Notes: generated from the letters alone by a model not told the origin. A stretch of 30,427 nucleotides of DNA from an uncultured Methanomassiliicoccales archaeon (GCA_964472805.1 CAYYMA010000001.1:1295-31721), one strand, 5' to 3'. Shown: positions 1-8,631, counted from the first letter of the stretch. A program made the numbers and translations.

Positions 1-19
1 CAGAGGAAGTTAGAGGGAA

Positions 20-742
20 ATGGGAATTAATATCGCTATAAAAGAAATAGAGTGTTCCAGCGCACTATGTAGAGAAAAAAAGCTCAAGATAGTAAGAGTT
101 CTTGTAAAACACCCAGAAAACTTCGGGGATGCCGCAGAAGTGTTCAGGACCGTGTCGAAAGTAAAGGCTGAGTGTGCAGTAGGAGATTGGGAACCGTTCT
201 TAAAAAAGAACAAACTCAGTAAAGACACCGAGACGGTGCACATTGATCTTCTGATTAACGACGAAGATATATCCATGTTAGATTCACTAGCAGAAGACTC
301 TTATTCGGGTTGGGTAGATTTGAACAAACTTGATACTCAAGCTCAAGAAAAAGCGATTGCTGACTCGTTACCTGAGAACCGAACCACAGAATGGGAACTC
401 GTCTCCTTTGACGAAATGAAAGAAACCTGTGCCACCTGTAAAGTTTCATGGGATAAAGGTAGAGGATGTATGGGTGCATTCGGACCTGATAACAGCCTTC
501 TGCCAGGAATAGCAGAAAAATATGGATGCACGATAACCGCATCTGTACCTGCCAGCGTATCGTCCGGAAAGATATACACTTATGAAGATGCAACCAGACT
601 TCTAGAAGAGATCGAAATCTTAAGAAAGGCTCTGCCCGAAGAGGGGAAGATGATGGTACGTAGATACTCCGGTCCAGTGGACCGTATGGAAGCTGTGGCC
701 AAAATCTCCGTCGATGAAAAGTGCGGGTTTTACTTCTTCTGA
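20..742 (+). CDS. Hypothetical protein, 240 aa, Cys-rich (C-x4-C near the N-terminus; CxxC-x9-C internally)
   Basis: Long open frame preceded by purine-rich GAGGGA; natural globular composition; 8 Cys; no family recognised. Confidence 0.8.
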   Translation: MGINIAIKEIECSSALCREKKLKIVRVLVKHPENFGDAAEVFRTVSKVKAECAVGDWEPFLKKNKLSKDTETVHIDLLINDEDISMLDSLAEDSYSGWVDLNKLDTQAQEKAIADSLPENRTTEWELVSFDEMKETCATCKVSWDKGRGCMGAFGPDNSLLPGIAEKYGCTITASVPASVSSGKIYTYEDATRLLEEIEILRKALPEEGKMMVRRYSGPVDRMEAVAKISVDEKCGFYFF

Positions 743-1308
743 AGGTGCTCCATCGTCCAGATCATCTCTTTGACCAAGATGGATACTGCCTTTAGGGCTT
801 CCTTATCTGCGGTATACTGAGGTGCGTTCAAAGCTCTGAACACCGTCTGTGGAGTGGAACCGCAGACGATCATCTGGTTCCTTAGCATAAAATTGACCAT
901 TTCGGAATAAGCAAATGATGCACCGTCATGTGCTGCTACGGCGACAGCACCGCCGACCTTACGTTTTAGTCCCATGTCGCCTTTTTCAAGTGCCAGGCCC
1001 GCTCTTTCAATAAATATCTTCATCTGTCCTGTTACACTGCCATAGTATGCGGGGCTCGCAAAAATAATACCGTCAGTATCTCTGAGCTTGTCCACGATGG
1101 CATTCAATTCATCGTCCTCGGTTATGCATCTACCGTCACCACGAATCTCACAAGACCTGCAATCGTTGCAAGGAATGAAATCATAAGAAAAGAGTTGGAT
1201 GTGTTCTGTCTCTATGCCTTCTTTAGAAAACTCATCGAGCATGTCCATAATTATACTCGCTGTATTCCCTAATAGTCGCGGGCTGCCGTTTAAAGCGATG
1301 ACCTTCAT
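730..1308 (-). CDS. Iron-sulfur flavoprotein (Isf-type flavodoxin / NADPH-dependent FMN reductase family)
   Basis: MKVIALNGSPR..GNT start, compact CxxCxxC-x7-C motif (CNDCRSCEIRGDGRC), FASPAYYG, MKIFIER. Start moved from 1329 to the ATG at 1308, which matches the family N-terminus and has a TATA-like element about 22 nt upstream. Confidence 0.9.
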   Translation of the reverse strand: MKVIALNGSPRLLGNTASIIMDMLDEFSKEGIETEHIQLFSYDFIPCNDCRSCEIRGDGRCITEDDELNAIVDKLRDTDGIIFASPAYYGSVTGQMKIFIERAGLALEKGDMGLKRKVGGAVAVAAHDGASFAYSEMVNFMLRNQMIVCGSTPQTVFRALNAPQYTADKEALKAVSILVKEMIWTMEHLQKK

Positions 1309-1330
1309 GAAACGAAAATATACGGTCAAG

Positions 1331-1336
1331 GTATAA
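1331..1336 (-). promoter_or_regulatory. Putative TATA box (TTATAC) for the Isf-type gene, leaderless spacing
   Basis: TATA-like hexamer about 22 nt upstream of the ATG at 1308. Confidence 0.4.
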
Positions 1337-1417
1337 TCTCTTTGTTACTATTATTTTGACAAAAGTATTGTGTTCTATCCTTTTCCCGATGTACCAACTA
1401 TGCTCCAATTGGATAAG

Positions 1418-1424
1418 TATTAAA
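1418..1424 (+). promoter_or_regulatory. Putative TATA box (TATTAAA) for sufC-sufB
   Basis: Lies 24 nt upstream of the ATG at 1449; directly preceded by the palindrome TCCAATTGGA (1404-1413). Confidence 0.45.
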
Positions 1425-1448
1425 CAATCGACAAACGGTAGCGGGTTC

Positions 1449-2216
1449 ATGGTAAAGAATATGCTTGAAATCAAAAACCTTCATGCTGAGGCTGGCGGGC
1501 GGGAGATTTTAAAAGGCGTGGACCTCGTCGTAGAAGAAGGGGAGACCTGCATACTCTTCGGGCCCAATGGTTCCGGAAAATCAACATTACTTTCAGCGAT
1601 TATGGGATACAGCACGAACCATATCACGAAGGGAGAGATCATATTCAAAGGAAAAGACATAACTCACCTCCCCGTCGATGAACGTGCCAAGATGGGAATC
1701 GGCATGATGATGCAGAGACCGCCTAACGTTATAGGTGTGAAACTAGGAAAACTTATTACTACCGCGGCAGATGCAGCGTGTGCTGAAGAAGTCTTGGCGG
1801 AAGCCAGCGATTTCAGGATGGAAGAGTTTTTGGACCGGGATGTAAACGTTGGATTCTCCGGTGGAGAAATAAAAAGGTCCGAACTACTGCAACTTACTGC
1901 GCAGAGCCCAGAACTTATTTTACTAGATGAACCTGAATCAGGAGTGGATCTACAAAGCATTGACCTTATAGGCAACAAAATCCGCAATCTACTCTACGAT
2001 AAGATGAACTGTAGGCGAAGCACGCCAAAAAGTGTGTCTGCACTGGTAATCACCCATACTGGGCAGATAATGGATTATATCGGAGCGGACAAGGCCTACG
2101 TAATGGGCGAAGGAAGGATCCGCTGCTCAGGAAGACCTGCCGACCTGCTAAAGACCATCAAGACAAACGGATACGGAGACTGCGGAGTATGCAAAAAGAT
2201 AGTGATACCAGAATAA
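1449..2216 (+). CDS. sufC: Fe-S assembly ABC ATPase SufC (minimal SmsC type, with C-terminal CxxC)
   Basis: Walker A GPNGSGKST, signature VNVGFSGGEIKR, Walker B LILLDEPESGVD, C-terminal DCGVC. Start is ATG 1449 or 1461; the ORF-track start at 1356 is likely too long. Confidence 0.93.
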   Translation: MVKNMLEIKNLHAEAGGREILKGVDLVVEEGETCILFGPNGSGKSTLLSAIMGYSTNHITKGEIIFKGKDITHLPVDERAKMGIGMMMQRPPNVIGVKLGKLITTAADAACAEEVLAEASDFRMEEFLDRDVNVGFSGGEIKRSELLQLTAQSPELILLDEPESGVDLQSIDLIGNKIRNLLYDKMNCRRSTPKSVSALVITHTGQIMDYIGADKAYVMGEGRIRCSGRPADLLKTIKTNGYGDCGVCKKIVIPE

Positions 2217-3406
2217 AGGACGCCTTGAAGAAAAAAGCGACATACGGCAAAGATGTGGACCTCTCGAAGTATAAAGAAGGGCGAAGCGACGGCCTTGTCA
2301 TCGAAGATCTTGAAAGCTCCGAAAACATATTCAAAAACGTTATGGAACGTGTTGGCGTAACGACAGATGAAGATTCACGATCAGGAACTATAATGTTCAT
2401 AGACAACACACTTGGACACTGCTCGTCGAAACTACCGGAAGGTGTAGAGATAATGTCCACTCAGCAGGCACTAAAAAAGTATGACTGGGTCAAAGATAAG
2501 TTCTGGAAAGCAGTGGATCCCGAAAAAGATAAGTTCACTGCACATGCGTATCTCGAGAATTCCGATGGTTATTTTATACGTGTGAGATCGGGATATCAGA
2601 TAGATGCTCCAATACAATCCTGTATGTTGGTCAACACCGCGAAAACTATCCAGAATGTTCACAACATTATATTCATCGAGGACGGGGCTTCCGCCAATAT
2701 TCTTACCGGATGTTCTACTGGACCAGACGCGAATGATGCGATACATGTCGGCGTAACAGAAATGTTCATCGGAGATAATGCCTCTTTGACATACTCGATG
2801 ATACACAACTGGGGTAACGAGACCACAGTGAGACCCAGTACCGGAATAAACGTTGGTACAAATTCTCATTTCACCAATAATTACGTCATATTAGATGATG
2901 TGGGAACGCTTCAAAGTAACCCGATCGTTAATCTAAACGGAGAAGGTTCAACTGCAAGATTGAACTCCATGTGCATCGCACAGATAGGTTCCGACATAGA
3001 CAATGGATCCATCGTTAATCTGAACGCCAAAGGCACTTCAGCAGAGATAATCAGCAGAAGTATCACGATGGGCGGTAGAATGGTCGCCCGGGGACGTCTA
3101 GTCGGGAACGCACCTGGAATTAAAGCACATCTTGAGTGTAAAAGCATCATACTGACAGAAGGCGGAACTACTCTGGCCATTCCTGAATTAGAAGCTAACG
3201 TCGCAGATTTGGAAATGACTCATGAGGCTGCCGTCGGTAAGATAGCCAGAGACCAGATAGAATATCTGATGTCCCGGGGTCTATCGGAAGACGAAGCCGT
3301 TAGTATGATCGTCAGAGGTTTCTTGTCCGGGGGTATCGAAGGACTGCCTCCTGAGCTTGAGGAAAAGATAAACAAAGCTACAAGTGTAGCTGACCTAGGT
3401 GACTGA
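2189..3406 (+). CDS. sufB: Fe-S assembly scaffold SufB/SufD-family protein (SmsB type)
   Basis: Beta-helix SufBD repeats, AHLECKSIIL, PELEA, THEAAVGKI and YLMSRGLSEDEAVSMIVRGF C-terminal motifs; SD GGAG before the ATG; overlaps sufC by 28 nt. Confidence 0.93.
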   Translation: MQKDSDTRIKDALKKKATYGKDVDLSKYKEGRSDGLVIEDLESSENIFKNVMERVGVTTDEDSRSGTIMFIDNTLGHCSSKLPEGVEIMSTQQALKKYDWVKDKFWKAVDPEKDKFTAHAYLENSDGYFIRVRSGYQIDAPIQSCMLVNTAKTIQNVHNIIFIEDGASANILTGCSTGPDANDAIHVGVTEMFIGDNASLTYSMIHNWGNETTVRPSTGINVGTNSHFTNNYVILDDVGTLQSNPIVNLNGEGSTARLNSMCIAQIGSDIDNGSIVNLNAKGTSAEIISRSITMGGRMVARGRLVGNAPGIKAHLECKSIILTEGGTTLAIPELEANVADLEMTHEAAVGKIARDQIEYLMSRGLSEDEAVSMIVRGFLSGGIEGLPPELEEKINKATSVADLGD

Positions 3407-3407
3407 G

Positions 3408-3809
3408 TCAGAACGAATCAACAGCGTACTTGTCAACGGCACGGATGATATTTCCGTCGGTATCACGGAACGATGTGTAAACACCGACAGGACCCAATTC
3501 AGGGTCCACCATGAACACCACGCCCTCGTCTATCAACCGTCTGTGGAGTGCGTAGGGATCGTCAACGCCGATATAGAAACCAGTATCGATACCTATGTCA
3601 GAAGACACTACCAAAAGTATAACGGCACTTTCCCTTTTTAGAACAGCATGAGAATCCTTTCTAACGATAACTTCCATTCCCAAAAGATTGGTATAAAAAC
3701 TAATACTGGTCGATAAATCGCTGGTGGGCACCCTGACCGCCGTTATATTCAAAGGTAGTCCTTCATCAGTGTATTCAAAATCCCCGCCGTGTGGGTCCCC
3801 GATAGGCAT
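3408..3809 (-). CDS. VOC (glyoxalase/bleomycin resistance) family protein
   Basis: V.DL..SISFYTNLLGM and SFRDTDGNII motifs of the VOC fold; the usual His/Glu metal ligands are not evident. Confidence 0.85.
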   Translation of the reverse strand: MPIGDPHGGDFEYTDEGLPLNITAVRVPTSDLSTSISFYTNLLGMEVIVRKDSHAVLKRESAVILLVVSSDIGIDTGFYIGVDDPYALHRRLIDEGVVFMVDPELGPVGVYTSFRDTDGNIIRAVDKYAVDSF

Positions 3810-3902
3810 AAACGAACATATCTTTCAGCAGTTATATTCATTGTGATGTGTACTAACACCGATAGACTATTAAGACGATAACGTTTTGACGGTATGATTA
3901 TA

Positions 3903-4727
3903 ATGGCAGTGATAAGTGCAAATAAAATTGAAGAGGATTCAAAACTTAACGAGAGCCTCAGCAAAATAAAGCATGTGATAATCGTATTAAGTGGTAAAGG
4001 AGGAGTTGGAAAAAGTACCGTATCCTCTAACCTCGCAAGTGCACTATCAACTAAAGGATACGACACAGGCGTTATGGACATAGATATCACTGGACCCAAT
4101 ATTCCCAAAATGTTCGGCATAGAGGACGAGAAGCTGGACGTACAAGAGGGTAAACTCATTCCGATCATGGTTCCACCTTCGCTAAAGGTTATGTCAATGG
4201 CATTCTTGTTGCCTACAAAGGACACCCCGGTCATGTGGAGAGGCCCTATGAAAATGACTGCGATAAGACAATTCATAGAGGATGTTGAATGGGGAGACTT
4301 AGATTACCTGGTCATAGACATGCCTCCAGGAACTGGCGATGAAGCACTTTCTATTATGCAGCTTATTCCGAAACCAGACGGAGCAGTCATTGTAACGACA
4401 CCACAGGACGTCGCACTTATGGATAGCCGTAAATCCATCACCTTCGTAAATGAAGCCAAAATACCCATTCTCGGTCTCGTTGAGAACATGAGCGGGTTCA
4501 TATGCCCACATTGCGATAAAGTAACGGACATCTTTAAAAGTGGCGGCGGAGAGGCCGTAGCAAAAGAATTTGGCATACAGTTCTTAGGAAAAATACCCAT
4601 AGAACTTTCTGTTGTAGAATCGGGTGACGCAGGACTTCCGATCGTCCTAGGAAAACCTGAATCCGCTTCGGCCAAGGCTTTTACTTCAATGATAGAGAAA
4701 ATTGTCAAAAAGGTCGAGAAGAAATGA
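3903..4727 (+). CDS. mrp: Mrp/ApbC/Nbp35 family P-loop ATPase (Fe-S carrier)
   Basis: Deviant Walker A SGKGGVGKST, DIDITGPNIP, WRGP, DMPPGTGD, ENMSGFICPHC. Start is ATG 3894 or 3903. Confidence 0.93.
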   Translation: MAVISANKIEEDSKLNESLSKIKHVIIVLSGKGGVGKSTVSSNLASALSTKGYDTGVMDIDITGPNIPKMFGIEDEKLDVQEGKLIPIMVPPSLKVMSMAFLLPTKDTPVMWRGPMKMTAIRQFIEDVEWGDLDYLVIDMPPGTGDEALSIMQLIPKPDGAVIVTTPQDVALMDSRKSITFVNEAKIPILGLVENMSGFICPHCDKVTDIFKSGGGEAVAKEFGIQFLGKIPIELSVVESGDAGLPIVLGKPESASAKAFTSMIEKIVKKVEKK

Positions 4728-5077
4728 AAATCGGAGTTCTTGCCGAGGGCGATACCTTAGATTCATACGTGGCCGAAGACTTCGGCCGCGCACCCTATTT
4801 CCTGATAGTTGATATGGATACGTTAGATTTTGAGATCGTCGATAACGAACACAAAGATGCTGCTACCGGTGCTGGTATGCTTGTAGCCGACTCGATAGTT
4901 GGACTGGGCGTCGATGCTGTTATAGTAGGTGGCATAGGACACCATGGTTACGATAAATTAACCGCAGCAGGAATAACCGTATCAATGGACGAAGAAGGCA
5001 CCGTCGAAGAAAGCGTCACAGATTTCAAAAGACGATACGAACGAAGGATGAAATTCGAATCTCAAAAATTAGACTGA
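4724..5077 (+). CDS. NifB/NifX family (MTH1175-like) metal-cofactor-binding protein
   Basis: FGRAPYFLIVD, GAG..VA, VDAVIVGGIG motifs; ATGA overlap with mrp. Confidence 0.88.
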   Translation: MKIGVLAEGDTLDSYVAEDFGRAPYFLIVDMDTLDFEIVDNEHKDAATGAGMLVADSIVGLGVDAVIVGGIGHHGYDKLTAAGITVSMDEEGTVEESVTDFKRRYERRMKFESQKLD

Positions 5078-5692
5078 GCGCTTTTCGCCCCATATGATCT
5101 TATGGAGTTGCGGAAGCACTCTAACGTCTAATTTTCTTACGAGTACTTCCTCAGCCAGTAGGACTATATTCATACCGCCCACTGGCGATAATATTATGTT
5201 TGTATGCGGAAAATATTCGTCCATAATCTGAATGGCGTAATCTAGATCCTCATTATCTTTGATTATGAACTTAAGCTGGTCCTTTTCTTTAAGATGAGAT
5301 ATATTTGACATTAGCATACGATCGGACATTTTAGATGATGGACATTTGATATCCATACTTATCATTAAATTTTTATTATCGTTTAAACCAGTGATATCTA
5401 TCGAACCGTTAGTTTCGAGCACGATGTGTTTTCCTTTTGAAAGTAATAAGTCTATCAATCTTGGAAGGTCCTTCTGCAACATTGGTTCTCCGCCAGTGAT
5501 GCATACGTGAGAAACATCTACAAGTTCAGCTAATACCGCAACGTCATGATCTTCGCCTTCTTCACTGAAAGCATATTTGGTGTCACACCATGAACAGTCC
5601 AGATTACATCCAGAAGTTCTAATGAAGAACGTTGGAACACCCATCATCATTCCCTCGCCTTGTAACGAAGTAAATGTTTCACAGATTTTCAT
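5069..5692 (-). CDS. queE: 7-carboxy-7-deazaguanine synthase QueE (radical SAM)
   Basis: ETFTSLQGEG, CxxxCxxC (CNLDCSWCDT), ITGGEP, LETNG, LPQLHKIIW; directly downstream of queC. Confidence 0.93.
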   Translation of the reverse strand: MKICETFTSLQGEGMMMGVPTFFIRTSGCNLDCSWCDTKYAFSEEGEDHDVAVLAELVDVSHVCITGGEPMLQKDLPRLIDLLLSKGKHIVLETNGSIDITGLNDNKNLMISMDIKCPSSKMSDRMLMSNISHLKEKDQLKFIIKDNEDLDYAIQIMDEYFPHTNIILSPVGGMNIVLLAEEVLVRKLDVRVLPQLHKIIWGEKRSV

Positions 5693-5697
5693 AATGA

Positions 5698-6366
5698 TCA
5701 CTCGTATTCAATCTCGTCCACATATCCAGCTTCCTCAAATCCTTTAAGCCTGAGTATACACGAATCACAGTGACCACATGCCTTTTCACCGCCTTCGTAG
5801 CAAGACCATGTTAATCCCAACGGTGCATCCAATTTTTTACCGATACGTACAATATCCGCTTTGGACATGTTCAATATCGGAGTGATTATCTTGATCGGAT
5901 TTCCTTCGACACCTGCTTTGGTACCTTGTTCTAGCATATTTTCATAAGCTTTAAAAAACTCAGGACGGCAATCAGGATATCCTGAATAATCGACAACGTT
6001 GGCGCCGATGTATATTCGGTCGGCGTCTACGGATTCGCATAGCCCTGCGGCGATACTTAAAAATATTATGTTCCTAGCTGGAACATATGTTATTGGGATT
6101 TCTTTATCGAGACTGCCTTTACGGTCCTGAGGTATATCTATTTCAGAATCAGTTAGTGCAGATCTGAATGAAGTTAGATTGATGTCGATGATTGTATGCA
6201 TGACGCCATAATGATTGCAAACATCTGTAGCAGATATGAGCTCTCTAATGTGCCTCTGACCGTATCTAAAACTGATCGCGTAGATCTCGAACCCGTCCTC
6301 TATCGCCTGTGCCAGTGTAGTGGTCGAATCTAAGCCTCCAGACAGTAGCACAACGGCTTTGGTCAT
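5698..6366 (-). CDS. queC: 7-cyano-7-deazaguanine (preQ0) synthase QueC
   Basis: LLSGGLDST, YGQRH, TYVPARN, YSGYPDCR, TWSCY..ACGHCDSC Zn site; start at 6366 with SD GAGGAG. Confidence 0.95.
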   Translation of the reverse strand: MTKAVVLLSGGLDSTTTLAQAIEDGFEIYAISFRYGQRHIRELISATDVCNHYGVMHTIIDINLTSFRSALTDSEIDIPQDRKGSLDKEIPITYVPARNIIFLSIAAGLCESVDADRIYIGANVVDYSGYPDCRPEFFKAYENMLEQGTKAGVEGNPIKIITPILNMSKADIVRIGKKLDAPLGLTWSCYEGGEKACGHCDSCILRLKGFEEAGYVDEIEYE

Positions 6367-6839
6367 CTCAACTCCTCTGTATACCAAGCGGTTTGACCAC
6401 GTTCCTCGTCGAGCCCTATGGATACCGCACAAATATTATTTGGAAATTGTACATCCCGTATCATATGTTTGACCATCATCTTAGCCATCTCTTCAGCCGT
6501 GGTGTTAGAGATATCCAATATAACGACATCCTCGATAGGGAACACGTAACGCTTTCCACAGGTAATCGCTTCCACAGAATCGTCATTTATAGTAAGTTTA
6601 ACATCTTTTGACGAGGATGGAAGTAACGTCCGATGATCCATCGTCGACATTATCGAACGTAGCTCTTTCTTAAGGACAACAAAATCCATGAGCATTCCAC
6701 CATCGTCCATATCTCCCTCGAGCCTCAAACGTACTACATAGGAGTGACCATGAAGCCTGGAACATTTCTCATGTTTTGGAATAAAATGGCATGCTGAGAA
6801 CCTGATACCTGAATACTCTCCGTCAATTTCTAATTTCAT
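6363..6839 (-). CDS. queD: 6-carboxytetrahydropterin synthase QueD (PTPS family)
   Basis: FSACHF, CSRLHGHSY, MDFVVLKK, MDHRTL, TTAEEMA, DEERG motifs; ATGA overlap with queC. Confidence 0.92.
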   Translation of the reverse strand: MKLEIDGEYSGIRFSACHFIPKHEKCSRLHGHSYVVRLRLEGDMDDGGMLMDFVVLKKELRSIMSTMDHRTLLPSSSKDVKLTINDDSVEAITCGKRYVFPIEDVVILDISNTTAEEMAKMMVKHMIRDVQFPNNICAVSIGLDEERGQTAWYTEELR

Positions 6840-6841
6840 TT

Positions 6842-7585
6842 TTATTTCTCCGTAAGTTTAAGTGCCAGTGTTATAGAATCACGATAATCCGTTTTAGCCC
6901 TGGATGTGTCTATGAACACTTTGTCAGAATTTACAATAGGTGCACCGAGGGTCAATACATTACCTACCAAGTGCATAGATCTGAACATCAGATTACCATA
7001 TATGCCGTCTGGTGCGATAACTATGTCGGTATCCCTTATTGCGTTCTCGATGAGTATCTGTGAGTGATAAGCATCATAACCTTTATCTTGTAACATTTTT
7101 ACAAGAGTTAGAGCGTCGTCGATGCTGTTGTTTACTGCTTTACATCTACCGTAATCTTCGCATCTTCCGCCGGACATGACTGCTATCTTGGTCCCAAGCC
7201 CTATTTTCTTTGCCAGATCTACCGAATGAACAGCCAGTACAAACCTCTGATGTATAGTCCATCCTTCATCTATTCCAACAGGAGATAATAAGAACAGCTT
7301 ACCGTCCACAGGCTCCATAAGAACGACTCTCTCTAGAACGTTGATACCCAGTGCCCTCTTGATATGAGGAAGAAGAACGGACGAGGACATGTCTCCACGG
7401 ACGGCTGCATCGATTTTGCCTGAACTTAAATCGTCTGCAAGTTTCTCAGAATCGTCGTATATTGTGATGTTCCTGCTCTTAAAGGCGTTGACGCTTCTCT
7501 CGACATTGCCCGCATCGGAACCACGTCCGATACCAACAAGTGCATCGGGAAGCGGCCCTAGCAGAAACTCTTTCGACGTTACCAT
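6842..7585 (-). CDS. mtxX: Methanogenesis marker protein 4 / MtxX family (phosphotransacetylase-like fold)
   Basis: IDAAVRG, PVGIDEGWT, MSGGR.EDYGR, IAPDGIYGNLMFR, IDTSRA motifs characteristic of MtxX/Mmp4. Confidence 0.85.
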   Translation of the reverse strand: MVTSKEFLLGPLPDALVGIGRGSDAGNVERSVNAFKSRNITIYDDSEKLADDLSSGKIDAAVRGDMSSSVLLPHIKRALGINVLERVVLMEPVDGKLFLLSPVGIDEGWTIHQRFVLAVHSVDLAKKIGLGTKIAVMSGGRCEDYGRCKAVNNSIDDALTLVKMLQDKGYDAYHSQILIENAIRDTDIVIAPDGIYGNLMFRSMHLVGNVLTLGAPIVNSDKVFIDTSRAKTDYRDSITLALKLTEK

Positions 7586-7609
7586 ATGTTCCCATAACCT
7601 ATAGATTAT

Positions 7610-7615
7610 TTTAAA
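7610..7615 (-). promoter_or_regulatory. Putative TATA box (TTTAAA) for the mtxX-queD-queC-queE operon
   Basis: Lies 24 nt upstream of the mtxX ATG, within the 59-nt dph2-mtxX gap. Confidence 0.5.
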
Positions 7616-7644
7616 GTAGTTGGATACTACAATAAGAAATTAGG

Positions 7645-8631
7645 TCAATTACGTATCGCATCGAATTCGTAATCAGACCAATCGCGAAGTCCCAGTACTA
7701 TCTCGATCTCGGGAATGGTCAATAAAGGTTTATCGAATCTTGCGGACTCATCGAGAGCTATACGAGGACATGCAGTGTTAACATAAGCATCCACGCGGTA
7801 ATGTGCCAGAGTCTCGGGATTAATTTCGTCCAAAATTATTGGATATGCTTTTTTACCAGCATTACGGATCTTTTCTATAATTTTCTCGGCTTCGACAGAA
7901 CGGTTCTGACCCGCCTTACTGCATATTATGACCATAAAACGCTTAGCTTCCGAAGCTATTGTAATTGCAGCAAATCGTTTTCTTAATATCCTGTCTTTAA
8001 TACTATCTATATTTCTCATCTCTCCGGTGACCGGGTTAAGGACGAACAATATACGATCTGTGCCAAGTGCTGCGGCCAAAGGATGAAAATCTCCCTCGCC
8101 CAGAAAAAGGAATGCGTCTACAAAATCTACAATACGTTCAGCCGTGCTACAGTCGCATCCCAAAACTTGTCCAGGATATTTTATCCTTGTATCTCCATCA
8201 GACACAAAGGCTTCCCTTCCTGATTCTTCAATGATCCTTACGGCCTCCGGGATCAATCCGACATATTGTATCGCAGCCAATACCCCAACTTTATTTGGCA
8301 ACAGTTCCACGGAAGATACGAGAGATTCAGTTATTGAAACGTTGGCCCGGGCCTCTATAAAAAGAATATCTGGGTCATTACCCAAAGATGGCATGGCTGC
8401 ATGTCCATAATGAACCAGGGCTTCGGCCACATCCTTATAATTAGAATAATAATCGCAGGCGCCATAACAGGGGCGCCCAATAATAATTATCTCAGAACCT
8501 GTAGAGCTACGAAGCTCTTCAGCAATCTCAGAAGACCTCAGTTTCAGCCCTTCCGGGAGTTGGACGGCCACCCTAGAATAACCTTTGAAAGTTATCCATT
8601 CGGTGGTCCGCCCTATCTCCAGGTCGAACAT
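7645..8631 (-). CDS. dph2: Diphthamide biosynthesis enzyme Dph2 (2-(3-amino-3-carboxypropyl)histidine synthase)
   Basis: VQLPEGLK, CYGACD, HYGH, GQVLGC, G.FHPL, NTACPRIALD; three cluster Cys present. Start is ATG 8631 or GTG 8634, overlapping the rpl10e stop. Confidence 0.95.
   Translation of the reverse strand: MFDLEIGRTTEWITFKGYSRVAVQLPEGLKLRSSEIAEELRSSTGSEIIIIGRPCYGACDYYSNYKDVAEALVHYGHAAMPSLGNDPDILFIEARANVSITESLVSSVELLPNKVGVLAAIQYVGLIPEAVRIIEESGREAFVSDGDTRIKYPGQVLGCDCSTAERIVDFVDAFLFLGEGDFHPLAAALGTDRILFVLNPVTGEMRNIDSIKDRILRKRFAAITIASEAKRFMVIICSKAGQNRSVEAEKIIEKIRNAGKKAYPIILDEINPETLAHYRVDAYVNTACPRIALDESARFDKPLLTIPEIEIVLGLRDWSDYEFDAIRN

Noticed and set aside
5069-6839. queD/queC/queE as a 7-deazaguanine DNA-modification (dpd) or phage-type system
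   Set aside because: There is no dpdA/TGT-like, dpdB/C or mobile context. The housekeeping archaeosine (tRNA G15) pathway explains the genes, and no preQ1 riboswitch-like leader fits the 2-nt mtxX-queD gap.
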